Shown here one piece after another: positions 47,490-57,079 of a stretch of 64,000 nucleotides of DNA. The notes beneath the pieces are model-generated. The model ran no database searches and had not been told where the DNA came from. It worked only from the letters and a program-made list of their open reading frames with translations. A program made the translations under genes and the position numbers. Source of the DNA: Bacillota bacterium (GTDB lineage: Bacteria > Bacillota > Clostridia > Saccharofermentanales > DTU023). Location: positions 106,661 through 170,660 of the forward strand of contig JAEWER010000019.1 of assembly GCA_023389255.1 (NCBI GenBank), given 5' to 3'. The stretch's first letter is position 1. The number at the start of each line of letters is the position of its first letter.

Positions 47490-48239
47490 ATGCATAATAT
47501 TTTGAAATGTCACGATTTGACAGTTAGCTATGGAGCTAAAGAGATATTGCACCAGATCAATACTACGATTCCAGCAAAACAGATTACAGCTATCATTGGA
47601 CCGTCAGGTGGTGGCAAATCAACTTTTCTTTTCAGTCTCAATCGTTTGATCGAAGAGCGAGGAGGAAAAATTAAAGGGGATATCCGCTTAGATTTGACTT
47701 GTCAAAAGCCGGCACAAAGTATTTTAGATTTACCGAAAGAAGAACTTAGGCAAACGTTAGGAATGGTTTTGCAAGAACCTGCTATTTTTCCGTTTAGCGT
47801 AAAAGAGAATTTGCGTTTTGTTTTGCGCTACTATGGTCTTCCGGCAAATGATGATGCCTTGCTATCATTATTGGCTAAAGTTGGGTTGAGGCAAGAAGTT
47901 GAATTGAAACAGCCTGCTCTATCGCTATCGGGTGGACAAAAGCAGAGGCTAGCAATCGCTAGAACCATTGCGATGAAGCCACAAGTACTCTTACTCGATG
48001 AGCCCTGTTCACAACTGGATATTGGCAATACAGAATTGATCGAAAAATTGCTCTTAAACCTAAAACAAGAGATGACAATTGTTTTGGTTACGCACAATTT
48101 GGCACAAGCCAAGCGTATTGCAGACAGAGTTTTATTTATTTTAGACGGCAAACTAATTGAAACAAGTAGTAAAGAAAAAATATTTTCTAACCCTCAAAGG
48201 AAATTAACTGCCGAATATTTACAAGGTGTGTTCGGCTAA
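47490..48239 (+). CDS. pstB: Phosphate ABC transporter ATP-binding protein PstB
   Basis: Walker A GPSGGGKST, signature LSGGQKQRLAIAR and Walker B LLLDEP. Confidence 0.9.
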   Translation: MHNILKCHDLTVSYGAKEILHQINTTIPAKQITAIIGPSGGGKSTFLFSLNRLIEERGGKIKGDIRLDLTCQKPAQSILDLPKEELRQTLGMVLQEPAIFPFSVKENLRFVLRYYGLPANDDALLSLLAKVGLRQEVELKQPALSLSGGQKQRLAIARTIAMKPQVLLLDEPCSQLDIGNTELIEKLLLNLKQEMTIVLVTHNLAQAKRIADRVLFILDGKLIETSSKEKIFSNPQRKLTAEYLQGVFG

Positions 48240-48258
48240 GCACTCACAGGATATACTC

Positions 48259-48287
48259 TTGCAAAAGAAAAGGCTAATTGCTATCAT
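48259..48287 (+). promoter_or_regulatory. Candidate sigma-A promoter of the str operon
   Basis: TTGCAA, 17 nt, TATCAT, about 65 nt upstream of the rpsL ATG. Confidence 0.55.
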
Positions 48288-48351
48288 CTTATGGACTCTT
48301 TTTGCGAGGGTCTATTTCTTTTGTCATTTTTAGAGGAAAGGAGGAAGCAAG

Positions 48352-48777
48352 ATGCCTACATATAACCAACTGGTTCGTAGAGGTCGCTTAACCAAAGAGG
48401 AAAAGTCAAAATCACCTGCTTTGCAAATGGGTATGAACACGCTGAAAAAGCGTGAATCACTGTACCATTCGCCCCAAAAACGTGGTGTTTGCACTGTGGT
48501 TAAAACAACCACCCCGAAAAAACCTAACTCAGCATTGCGCAAGGTTGCTCGTGTGCGTTTGACTAACCAAGCAGAAGTAACCGCATACATTCCTGGCATT
48601 GGTCACAACTTACAAGAGCACAGCGTTGTAATGATTCGCGGTGGCCGTGTAAAAGACTTGCCTGGTGTGCGTTACCACATCATCCGTGGCACATTGGATG
48701 CCGCAGGTGTTGCGAACAGAATGCAAGGTCGCTCTAAGTATGGAGCAAAGAGACCTAAGGCCGCTAAAACTAAGTAG
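48352..48777 (+). CDS. rpsL: 30S ribosomal protein S12
   Basis: [52 protein letters not shown]. Confidence 0.98.
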   Translation: MPTYNQLVRRGRLTKEEKSKSPALQMGMNTLKKRESLYHSPQKRGVCTVVKTTTPKKPNSALRKVARVRLTNQAEVTAYIPGIGHNLQEHSVVMIRGGRVKDLPGVRYHIIRGTLDAAGVANRMQGRSKYGAKRPKAAKTK

Positions 48778-48920
48778 CGGTAGGAGATCGGTTGGACACA
48801 ATTGACAGAAAGTAGCCTGCTTCCTTATTTAATAGATACAGGTCTTTCTGGCTGACACGTTCAAACCGTGAGTACCTATGATTTCGGTTATCCGTATGAT
48901 CATGAAAGGAGGGAAGACAA

Positions 48921-49391
48921 GTGCCAAGAAAAGGCCATGTACCCAAAAGAGAAGTTCTTCCAGATCCCGTTTACCATGATGTTCGCGTGGCAAAATTAGT
49001 TAACACCGTGATGTTAGATGGTAAAAAAGGTCTGGCTCAACGTATTGTCTATGGTGCTTTCGACATCGTGCGTGAGCGCAGTGGACAAGATCCATTAGAA
49101 GTATTTAACCAAGCTCTTGAGAATGTTATGCCTCAATTAGAGGTCAAAGCTCGTCGTGTTGGTGGTTCGAACTACCAAGTTCCTATCGAGGTTCGCCCCG
49201 ATCGCCGTCAAACCTTGGCTTTGCGCTGGTTAGTGGGTGCTGCTCGTGGTAGAAATGAGCGCACCATGAAAGAGCGTTTAGCAGGTGAGTTGCTGGATGC
49301 TCTAAATAGCACCGGCTCTGCATTCCGCAAGAAAGAAGAAATGCACAGAATGGCAGATGCCAACCGTGCCTTCGCTCACTACAGATGGTAG
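48921..49391 (+). CDS. rpsG: 30S ribosomal protein S7
   Basis: GTG start with an AAAGGAGGG RBS. PDPVY.., GKK..A..I.Y.AF, and [17 protein letters not shown]. Confidence 0.97.
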   Translation: MPRKGHVPKREVLPDPVYHDVRVAKLVNTVMLDGKKGLAQRIVYGAFDIVRERSGQDPLEVFNQALENVMPQLEVKARRVGGSNYQVPIEVRPDRRQTLALRWLVGAARGRNERTMKERLAGELLDALNSTGSAFRKKEEMHRMADANRAFAHYRW

Positions 49392-49442
49392 TAGGCGAAT
49401 TAACTACCAATTACTATAACGATAGGGAAGGAGCAAGTCCGA

Positions 49443-51515
49443 ATGCCCAGAGAATTCTCTCTTGAGAATACCCGTAATATCGGTATTATGGCTCACATCG
49501 ATGCCGGTAAAACAACCACTACGGAACGTATTCTGTACTACACTGGTAAAATTCACCGCATCGGCGAAACCCACGAGGGTGGAGCAACTATGGACTGGAT
49601 GGTTCAGGAAAAAGAGCGCGGTATCACTATTACATCGGCGGCAACCACTGCTCAATGGCGTAACTGCCGTATTAACATTATCGACACCCCGGGTCACGTT
49701 GACTTCACCGTTGAAGTTGAGCGTTCCTTGCGTGTGCTCGACGGAGCAGTAACCGTCTTCTGTGCAAAGAGCGGTGTCGAACCACAAACCGAGACCGTAT
49801 GGCGACAAGCTGACACATATAAAGTTCCTCGTATGGCTTATGTCAATAAGATGGACATTATGGGTGCAGACTTCTATCGTGTCTTAGACATGATGGTTGA
49901 TCGCTTAGGAACTACTCCCGTAGCACTGCAATTACCGATTGGTAAAGAAGAAAACTTCAGCGGTATCATCGATTTAATCAAGATGAGAGCAGAAGTTTAC
50001 GAAGATGCCGAAGGTAAAAACGTAAAAGAAACCGACATTCCGGCAGACATGGTCGACATGGCTAACGAATGGCGTGAAAAGATGATTGACACCTTGGCTG
50101 GCATGGATGATGAGCTGGCGATGAAGTATTTGGAAGATGAAGAAATCACCGAAGATGAGATTCGCCAAGTTATCCGTCGTCTAACCATTTCAGCAGAAAT
50201 CACTCCTGTATGCTGTGGTTCATCCTACAAAAACAAGGGTGTGCAAATGATGCTGGATGCCATTGTCGATTATATGCCGTCACCTGTTGATATTCCGCCA
50301 ATTGAAGGTGTTGTACCTCAAACCGAAGAAGAAACTAATCGTAAAGCCGATGACAATGAGCCTTTCTCAGCTTTGGCATTCAAGATTATGACCGACCCCT
50401 TCGTAGGTAAGTTATGTTTCTTCCGTGTCTACTCAGGTACTTTAAAAGCAGGTAGCTACGTTTACAACTCCACTAAGGGTAAGCGCGAGCGTATCGGTCG
50501 TATTCTGATGATGCACGCTAACCACCGAGAAGAGATCGACGAAGTTAGAGCTGGTGATATTGCCGCTGCTGTTGGTCTGAAAGATACCTCAACTGGTGAT
50601 ACTCTGTGCATAGAAGATTCACCTGTAATTTTGGAGTCCATGGAGTTCCCTGATCCCGTTATCTCGGTAGCTATCGAGCCTAAGTCCAAAGCTTCACAAG
50701 AAAAGCTGATCGTGGCTTTAGGCAAACTGGCTGAAGAAGATCCTACATTCCGTACTAATACCGACCCCGATACTGGACAAACATTGATTTCAGGTATGGG
50801 TGAGTTGCACTTAGACATTATCGTTGACCGTCTATTCCGTGAGTTCAAGGTTGAAGCTAATGTTGGTGCGCCTCAAGTTGCTTATAAAGAAACCATTACC
50901 AAACCTGCTAAGGCACAAGGTAAGTTTGTACGTCAGTCTGGTGGTCACGGTCAGTATGGTGATGCAGTCATCGAAGTCGAGCCTTTAGAGCCCGGCTCAG
51001 GATATGAATTCGTCAACAAGATCGTTGGTGGTGTAGTTCCTAAAGAATTCATCAAGCCCATCGACGAAGGTGTCCAAGAGGCAATGCTCTCTGGTACCAT
51101 CGCTGGCTTCCCAGTTGTCGATGTGCGTGTAACATTGGTCGACGGTTCATACCACGATGTTGACTCATCAGAAGTCGCCTTCAAAATTGCTGGTTCAATG
51201 GCATTTAAAGAAGCTATGCGCAAAGCTGCTCCTGTCTTGCTCGAGCCGATGATGCGTGTAGATGTTGTAACACCCGATGAATACATGGGTGATGTCATGG
51301 GCGATCTGTCCTCAAAGCGTGGCCAGATTATCGGCAATGAGATGAATGGCAGAACTGTGATGGTCAAAGCATTCGTACCGCTGTCAGAAATGTTTGGTTA
51401 CGCAACAACTCTGCGTTCCAGAACACAAGGTCGTGGTACATTTGTAATGCAGATTGACCACTTCTCACCAGTACCCAAGAATCTCACAGAAGATATCATG
51501 GGCAAGAAAGCCTAA
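49443..51515 (+). CDS. fusA: Elongation factor G
   Basis: [24 protein letters not shown] and [22 protein letters not shown]; 690 aa. Confidence 0.98.
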   Translation: MPREFSLENTRNIGIMAHIDAGKTTTTERILYYTGKIHRIGETHEGGATMDWMVQEKERGITITSAATTAQWRNCRINIIDTPGHVDFTVEVERSLRVLDGAVTVFCAKSGVEPQTETVWRQADTYKVPRMAYVNKMDIMGADFYRVLDMMVDRLGTTPVALQLPIGKEENFSGIIDLIKMRAEVYEDAEGKNVKETDIPADMVDMANEWREKMIDTLAGMDDELAMKYLEDEEITEDEIRQVIRRLTISAEITPVCCGSSYKNKGVQMMLDAIVDYMPSPVDIPPIEGVVPQTEEETNRKADDNEPFSALAFKIMTDPFVGKLCFFRVYSGTLKAGSYVYNSTKGKRERIGRILMMHANHREEIDEVRAGDIAAAVGLKDTSTGDTLCIEDSPVILESMEFPDPVISVAIEPKSKASQEKLIVALGKLAEEDPTFRTNTDPDTGQTLISGMGELHLDIIVDRLFREFKVEANVGAPQVAYKETITKPAKAQGKFVRQSGGHGQYGDAVIEVEPLEPGSGYEFVNKIVGGVVPKEFIKPIDEGVQEAMLSGTIAGFPVVDVRVTLVDGSYHDVDSSEVAFKIAGSMAFKEAMRKAAPVLLEPMMRVDVVTPDEYMGDVMGDLSSKRGQIIGNEMNGRTVMVKAFVPLSEMFGYATTLRSRTQGRGTFVMQIDHFSPVPKNLTEDIMGKKA

Positions 51516-51627
51516 TATTGAGTGTGAGACGCTGTATTCATTTACAAATAAACTCTGTTGTGTACAATTAGAGTTGCGATTTTAGTTTTAGCATGTCCTA
51601 GAAAGACATACCTAAGGAGGATCCCAC

Positions 51628-52830
51628 ATGGGTAAACAAAAATTTGAGAGAAATAAGCCTCACGTTAACGTAGGTACCATTGGCCACGTTGACCACGGTA
51701 AAACAACTTTAACAGCTGCTATCACCAAGGTTTTAGCCATGAAGGGTGGTTCCAGCTACACCGATTACGCCAGCATCGACAAAACTCCTGAGGAGCGTCA
51801 ACGTGGTATCACCATCAACTCCTCACACGTTGAGTACGAAACCGATGCACGTCACTACGCTCACGTTGACTGCCCTGGCCACGCCGACTACATCAAGAAC
51901 ATGATTACCGGTGCTGCTCAGATGGATGGTTCAATCCTGGTAGTTTCAGCTTCTGACGGTCCTATGCCTCAAACCCGTGAGCACATCCTGCTCGCTCGTC
52001 AGGTAGGCGTTCCTGCAATCGTAGTTTTCATGAACAAATGTGACCAAGTTGACGACGAAGAGTTGCTCGACTTAGTTGATATGGAAATCCGTGAACTGCT
52101 GAATGAGTATGACTTCCCCGGCGATGATACTCCTATCATCCGTGGTTCAGCTCTGAACGTTATCGAGTCCAGCAGCACAGATCCTAGCGCACCTGAGTAT
52201 GCATGCATCAATGAGCTGATGGAAGCTGTTGATACCTTCATTCCTACTCCTGAGCGTCCTACAGATCTGCCTTTCGCAATGCCTGTTGAAGACGTATTCA
52301 CCATCACTGGTCGTGGTACTGTTGCTACCGGTCGTGTTGAGCGTGGTATCATCAAGGTCAATGATCCCGTAGAAATTGTCGGTCTGCAAGATGAGCCTCG
52401 TGCTTCAGTTGTTACCGGTGTTGAAATGTTCCACAAGATGATGGATCAAGGTGAAGCTGGTGACAACGTTGGTTGCTTACTGCGTGGTGTTCAACGTAAC
52501 GAAGTTGAGCGTGGTCAAGTTATCGCCAAACCTGGTTCAGTCCACCCTCACACCAAGTTCGAAGGTCAAGTTTACGTCTTAACCAAGGATGAAGGTGGTC
52601 GTCATAAACCCTTCTTCAGCGGTTACCGTCCTCAGTTCTACTTCCGTACAACTGACGTAACTGGTATTGCAAACTTACCCGATGGTGTTGAAATGTGCAT
52701 GCCTGGTGACCACGTCACCATCAGCGTTGACCTGATCACCCCCATCGCTGTTGAGCCTGGTTTGAAATTCGCTATCCGCGAAGGTGGTAAAACTGTTGGT
52801 TCAGGTACCGTTTCTAAGATCTTAGACTAA
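51628..52830 (+). CDS. tuf: Elongation factor Tu
   Basis: [26 protein letters not shown] and NKCD. Confidence 0.98.
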   Translation: MGKQKFERNKPHVNVGTIGHVDHGKTTLTAAITKVLAMKGGSSYTDYASIDKTPEERQRGITINSSHVEYETDARHYAHVDCPGHADYIKNMITGAAQMDGSILVVSASDGPMPQTREHILLARQVGVPAIVVFMNKCDQVDDEELLDLVDMEIRELLNEYDFPGDDTPIIRGSALNVIESSSTDPSAPEYACINELMEAVDTFIPTPERPTDLPFAMPVEDVFTITGRGTVATGRVERGIIKVNDPVEIVGLQDEPRASVVTGVEMFHKMMDQGEAGDNVGCLLRGVQRNEVERGQVIAKPGSVHPHTKFEGQVYVLTKDEGGRHKPFFSGYRPQFYFRTTDVTGIANLPDGVEMCMPGDHVTISVDLITPIAVEPGLKFAIREGGKTVGSGTVSKILD

Positions 52831-52851
52831 GATAATTAGGAATAGCTAACC

Positions 52852-52883
52852 AAGGACAAGAGCCCAGCTCTTGTCCTTTTTTT
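52852..52883 (+). terminator. Intrinsic terminator after tuf
   Basis: AAGGACAAGAGC-CCA-GCTCTTGTCCTT followed by TTTTT. Confidence 0.9.
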
Positions 52884-52962
52884 ATTTGTGATTTTCAAAA
52901 CTGTGTATCTTCTACCTAGTTTTAATATACTGTATGCACGAATACGTCACGGAGGAGAAGGT

Positions 52963-55575
52963 ATGCATAAATTCAAAAAACTATTAGTTTTGTTAGTCGT
53001 GTTTGCTATGGCATTATCGATTACACCACTTACATCTGCGCTTAGAGCTGAAGAGCCAAGTACAGATACACCCGCTGTTGTAGGTGAAGATAAGCCTGCA
53101 ACTGAAGAAGATACAAGCAATGATACAAATGTAGAAAATGCTCCCGCTGAAGAGAGATCTTCAGCAGGTACTACAACAAATGATAGCGGCACCAATAAAC
53201 CAGCCACTGAAGATTCTGTTAATGAAGAGGATACTATGAGCGAAGCAGCACCTGCTCCTGCACCTGCTAATACAGAAGAGAGTGATCCTGTAGTGGGTGA
53301 AAATGAGGTTGTTGTTACCATCAAATTTGTTAGCAATAAGGCAGAATTCCCAGTAGATGAAGAACTCGAAAGAGTAAATCCCAAAAAAGTGGTGCGTAAA
53401 GTTAACGTTAACTACGTACCAGGCTATCTGAATGATGGGAAAGTAGTGACGTCTAAAGGTGTTTGGACACTTAAAGATTGGCAACCTAGTTGGGCACTTA
53501 AGCCTACGAAAGATGGCGATAATACGATGACAGCTGTTTGGGAATTTGTGCCATATCGCTTAGCTACTGTTGATTACAAGTATATTTCTGAAAGTGTGGG
53601 TCACACCTTGCCAGAAGATATTGCCAAGACTGTACCTGAAGCAACTGAGCTTAAAGTTGAGAGCAGAGTTCAACCAAGCGAACCCAGCCCCAAAGAACAT
53701 GAAGTCGATGGTGGCAAGTGGGTGTTCGATAAATACAAAGATGCTGAATTAACTGTCACAGAGTTTGGTCCTAACACAGTGGTGGGTCTCTGGAAGTTTG
53801 TGCCTAGCGCAGGAGATGAGCCAGAGATTGACCCCAATGCTGGTGCTGAGGAAAACAACCGTCAATATGTAGGTCTACGTGTCTATGCTTTTGAAGACAA
53901 AGGAGATGGCAGGGCGCCTGAAGATTACGATCCAGAGCAAGAGTCATTTGTTTTTCTCTACTACAAGATCAAATCTGCAGATGGTAAAGAAATTAAGTTT
54001 ATTCCTAATGCGCCAACCTATTTGGAAGCGGGTAATTATTATTTAGAAAATGCACGTTGCCGTGATTTTGCTCCGATTGAGAAGCATGAATTTACCATTA
54101 CTCCTGAACAGGTACAAAAAGGCGATGTCGTTGAAATCCGTTTATTGATGAAGAAACAGCCAGCAGATAGACATAAACCCATAAGCATGACCTACCAAGT
54201 TTATGTTGATGGTGTCTTGATCAGTGACGAGGATGCAGCTAAAATTCCTTGGCGTGTTTATGATCGCTTGAAAACTGACGGTAGCCAAGGTCCTGAAGTT
54301 GAAGATAAGTACAATCTGCCCATAGAAAATAAGAGTGGTGGTACAAACTATTTGTACAATGTGGATGGACCAGATTATGAGGTTGTTAATCCCAATGATC
54401 GCTGGTTCTATGTTGAAGATTACACCATGGAAGGTAAAATGGTTGCACCGAAACCCATTCGCTTAAAGCGTACAGAAAATAGTGCAGCGCCAGTTCCTAC
54501 GCCTCGCATTACTAAAGCAGATTTACCTGTGTTGTTTGTGGATGAACCAGGAGAAGTTCACCAGGCCTACAGCAACGATAGATCAGGTCTAGCTGTTGGC
54601 AGATACGAGGGTGATATACCCGAAGGTATGGAGCAGAGAACCGTTTATTACGATGAAATAGTTCGTTTTTACGAATATACGTCGCCTCGTGGTGTAGATG
54701 CTCAGTTAGTTGGTACGCCTACTACAGCAGGAACCTATAAATTAAAATTAGTACTAGCAACTCCCTCAGGTTTAGGTGGCACCTATGAACGTACGCTCTA
54801 TGTTTTAGATCGTAGAGAGCTCAAAAAACTTGTAGCAACTGGTGATGATGTTAAGCAGACTACTAAGTATCTGCGAGCAGATGAAGAGTTGCGCAAGAAA
54901 TATGACGAAGCTTTGCAAGAAGCAGAAAAATTAACCAATTTGCCAGAAGATGATCGCAGAAGATATACCTTGCGCCAAGGGGATATTGATCAGGCACTTA
55001 AGAAGCTCAAGCAAGCAGAAGAAGCGCTCAATGGTAAGACCGATGCTGAAACATATCCACCAACTTTCCAAGCTGTCACTATCAACGAAGGGGAGAACTT
55101 AGAGCCAAATAGTTTTGTGACTAACTTGCCAGAATTACCTACTGGTACAGAGATTGTCTTTACAGAAGATGCGACACCCGATTTAACTCCAGGTAAGCAC
55201 CAAGTGAGCATTACTGTTAAATACCCAGATGGTTCTAAGGTAGAAAAGTTAGTCGATTACGAAGTTGTGGCGAAGCCAACACCAGCACCGACAACTACAG
55301 TTACAACTAGTTCGCCAACAACTTTAACAACAACTACTACCACTAGTGTACCGACCAGCACCCAAGTTGCACCTGTAGTAAGTACTGTTGCTAAAACAAC
55401 GTCTTTAGTACAGGCAACAAACGCACAAACTGTTACCAGTAAGCAGGCAGATAAGACACAAACAAGCCAGCAAGCTATAGCCAAAACTGGTGAAACTAGA
55501 ACACAGATGGGTATCTTATTGTTATTAGCTGTCGTTGGTGGACTCGCACTAATGCGCAGAAGAAAATATAACTAA
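52963..55575 (+). CDS. Large sortase-anchored surface adhesin (SHIRT-like repeats, FIVAR-like helix bundle, Rib-like domain)
   Basis: Signal peptide MHKFKKLLVLLVVFAMALSITPLTSALRA. Two SHIRT-like modules (..VDGGKWVFDKYKD..GLWKFVP). FIVAR-like segment ELKKLVATGDD..YDEALQEAEKL..IDQALKKLKQAEEAL. Rib-like segment ..PTGTEIVF..VSITVKYPDGSKVEKLV. Thr-rich stalk. Sorting signal IAKTG plus a hydrophobic helix plus RRRKYN. The ATG at 52963 has a GGAGGAGAAGG RBS. Confidence 0.85.
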   Translation: MHKFKKLLVLLVVFAMALSITPLTSALRAEEPSTDTPAVVGEDKPATEEDTSNDTNVENAPAEERSSAGTTTNDSGTNKPATEDSVNEEDTMSEAAPAPAPANTEESDPVVGENEVVVTIKFVSNKAEFPVDEELERVNPKKVVRKVNVNYVPGYLNDGKVVTSKGVWTLKDWQPSWALKPTKDGDNTMTAVWEFVPYRLATVDYKYISESVGHTLPEDIAKTVPEATELKVESRVQPSEPSPKEHEVDGGKWVFDKYKDAELTVTEFGPNTVVGLWKFVPSAGDEPEIDPNAGAEENNRQYVGLRVYAFEDKGDGRAPEDYDPEQESFVFLYYKIKSADGKEIKFIPNAPTYLEAGNYYLENARCRDFAPIEKHEFTITPEQVQKGDVVEIRLLMKKQPADRHKPISMTYQVYVDGVLISDEDAAKIPWRVYDRLKTDGSQGPEVEDKYNLPIENKSGGTNYLYNVDGPDYEVVNPNDRWFYVEDYTMEGKMVAPKPIRLKRTENSAAPVPTPRITKADLPVLFVDEPGEVHQAYSNDRSGLAVGRYEGDIPEGMEQRTVYYDEIVRFYEYTSPRGVDAQLVGTPTTAGTYKLKLVLATPSGLGGTYERTLYVLDRRELKKLVATGDDVKQTTKYLRADEELRKKYDEALQEAEKLTNLPEDDRRRYTLRQGDIDQALKKLKQAEEALNGKTDAETYPPTFQAVTINEGENLEPNSFVTNLPELPTGTEIVFTEDATPDLTPGKHQVSITVKYPDGSKVEKLVDYEVVAKPTPAPTTTVTTSSPTTLTTTTTTSVPTSTQVAPVVSTVAKTTSLVQATNAQTVTSKQADKTQTSQQAIAKTGETRTQMGILLLLAVVGGLALMRRRKYN

Positions 55576-55592
55576 TACGTATTTTTAGTAGT

Positions 55593-55626
55593 AAAAAGGA
55601 GCTACCTGTGGCAGCTCCTTTTTTTA
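55593..55626. terminator. Bidirectional terminator between convergent genes
   Basis: AAAAAGGAGCT-ACCTGTGGC-AGCTCCTTTTTTT. Confidence 0.8.
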
Positions 55627-55632
55627 ATTTAA

Positions 55633-56856
55633 TTAAAAGGGTAAGTAGTAAGAAATATCGAACGGTAAATCGAGCGAATAGCCCATTGCTTTAATACCCA
55701 ACCAAGCAATTAAGCTGATGAAAACTAATAAAGCGATAAAAGCAGAAATGCGCTTTAAGAGTTTGAAGCGATTAGGAATGAAAGATAATACTAAAAGCAA
55801 TAGGGTACTGCTGGCTGTATAGAAAATTAAGTTACTTTGCTCTGAGCCCTGTAGCAAGTTTAAGAAATTCAGACCGTAAACACCGCCGATACCTAGAATT
55901 AAATTTACGACTAAGAGAAACACGAGTAGCCATTGAGCAAATGATTGGGAATCTTTGCTTTCTGCGTACTCGATTTCAGCAGTTTCATCATCTGGATAAT
56001 AAGGATCGAAGTCATTATCTTCGACCGAAGGAACTTCTATCATATTTAAGGTGTAGCCTTTAGCAGGGAAGTCACAGGCAGGATAACGTGTTTCATCGCC
56101 GAAATCAGCTAAAGTATTATCACCGTATACTTCTGTCCATTCAGGGCTATTCACTTTAAGTGGTTGTAACAGCTTAAAAGGTAAAGCGCTGATATTTTCA
56201 GGATCAGTCTCATGAGCAGAGTTTTCAGAGTCTAGTTCCAAACTAAAAATAGGTGTTAAGCGTTTGTCGGGAGTAGTAGTTTCTAAATCCACAGGAGTTT
56301 CGGACAGATAAGTATCTTCTTTGGTAGTTAAAAGATTATTAGCTGTGTCCTCTTCGTGTACTAGCTTGGCAGGTTGTAGCTTAACACGCTTAATCTCAGG
56401 CAACTGCTGGTGCTTGTCTTGGGAAGTTGCAATGCCTTGTCGCTTAGCAATTTTATTTGAATCAGGTCTTAGCAAACGATCATAGGCACGGTAAGTTTCG
56501 TCTTGTAGCATGCGTCTACGCACGAGGAGAGAATCTGCTTTTTCGTCTCCCGTCAAGTTATCAGTAACTTTGGTTTTGTGCTGATTCAACTTAACCTGGG
56601 GTTTGCGCACGCTAGGTCTGTTACTTAAATTTTCTTTGTTAGAGTCTTGCGGGCGTGGGCGACGTCTACCTAAATTAGCATCATCTTTTTTAGGATCTAC
56701 ACGCTTAACTTTTAGATCTAAATTAGAAGCATCTGTACTAGAGGCTCTGTTTGCTTTTTGCCCATATTCACGTCCGATGGCAAACACCTTGCGGTGAGAT
56801 TTTGCCTCAGCATTGTGTTGCAAGCGATTAGGTTGCTGTTTCTTATTATCATCCAT
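55633..56856 (-). CDS. Hypothetical membrane protein: basic/acidic low-complexity N-terminal region of about 300 aa plus four C-terminal TM helices
   Basis: A single long ORF with a GGAG RBS region. The C-terminal hydrophobic segments are WLLVFLLVVNLILGIGGVYGL, LLLLVLSFIP and ISAFIALLVFISLIAWLGI. I recognised no family. Confidence 0.55.
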   Translation of the reverse strand: MDDNKKQQPNRLQHNAEAKSHRKVFAIGREYGQKANRASSTDASNLDLKVKRVDPKKDDANLGRRRPRPQDSNKENLSNRPSVRKPQVKLNQHKTKVTDNLTGDEKADSLLVRRRMLQDETYRAYDRLLRPDSNKIAKRQGIATSQDKHQQLPEIKRVKLQPAKLVHEEDTANNLLTTKEDTYLSETPVDLETTTPDKRLTPIFSLELDSENSAHETDPENISALPFKLLQPLKVNSPEWTEVYGDNTLADFGDETRYPACDFPAKGYTLNMIEVPSVEDNDFDPYYPDDETAEIEYAESKDSQSFAQWLLVFLLVVNLILGIGGVYGLNFLNLLQGSEQSNLIFYTASSTLLLLVLSFIPNRFKLLKRISAFIALLVFISLIAWLGIKAMGYSLDLPFDISYYLPF

Positions 56857-56903
56857 AATTAACTCCTGCCTCTAGCTTATCAGTAAGACCACAATATGGA
56901 TAC

Positions 56904-56929
56904 AAAAAAAGCCACTTTTTAAGTGGCTT
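56904..56929 (-). terminator. Intrinsic terminator directly after tRNA-Val
   Basis: Minus strand reads AAAGCCACTT-AAAA-AGTGGCTTTTTTT. Confidence 0.8.
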
Positions 56930-57006
56930 TGGTGGGTGATACAGGACTTGAACCTGTGACCCCCCGCATGTCAAGCGGATACTCTAACCAGCTGAGCTAA
57001 TCACCC
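56930..57006 (-). tRNA. tRNA-Val (anticodon GAC), CCA encoded
   Basis: I folded the reverse complement into a cloverleaf. Acceptor stem GGGTGAT/ATCACCC, anticodon stem TCCGC/GCGGG with loop TTGACAT, and T arm ACAGG-TTCAAGT-CCTGT. Confidence 0.95.
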
Positions 57007-57012
57007 ATAACG

Positions 57013-57040
57013 TTCAAATAACGCTTAAATAGGTTACAAT
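57013..57040 (+). promoter_or_regulatory. Candidate promoter for speA-speE
   Basis: TTCAAA, 16 nt, TACAAT, about 40 nt upstream of the speA ATG. Confidence 0.45.
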
Positions 57041-57079
57041 ACATTAGATTGTTGTGTCAACAGTTTGGAGAGGCGAATT

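Noticed and set aside
48352-48777. Streptomycin-resistance alleles in rpsL.
   Set aside because: The hotspot contexts read TTPKKPNSA and [12 protein letters not shown], which are the wild-type lysines.
49404-52436. Multiple 60-145-aa ORFs on both strands within fusA and tuf (for example 49404..49808, 50462..50848, 50951..51367 and 51999..52436).
   Set aside because: They are alternative-frame or antisense ORFs inside highly conserved translation-factor genes. Their length comes from the codon bias of the real genes.
57031-57060. Minus-strand promoter for tRNA-Val (TTGACA, 18 nt, TAACCT) overlapping the speA promoter back to back.
   Set aside because: The -35 element is perfect but the -10 is poor and the spacer is 18 nt. 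This is too weak to report as a feature without transcript mapping.
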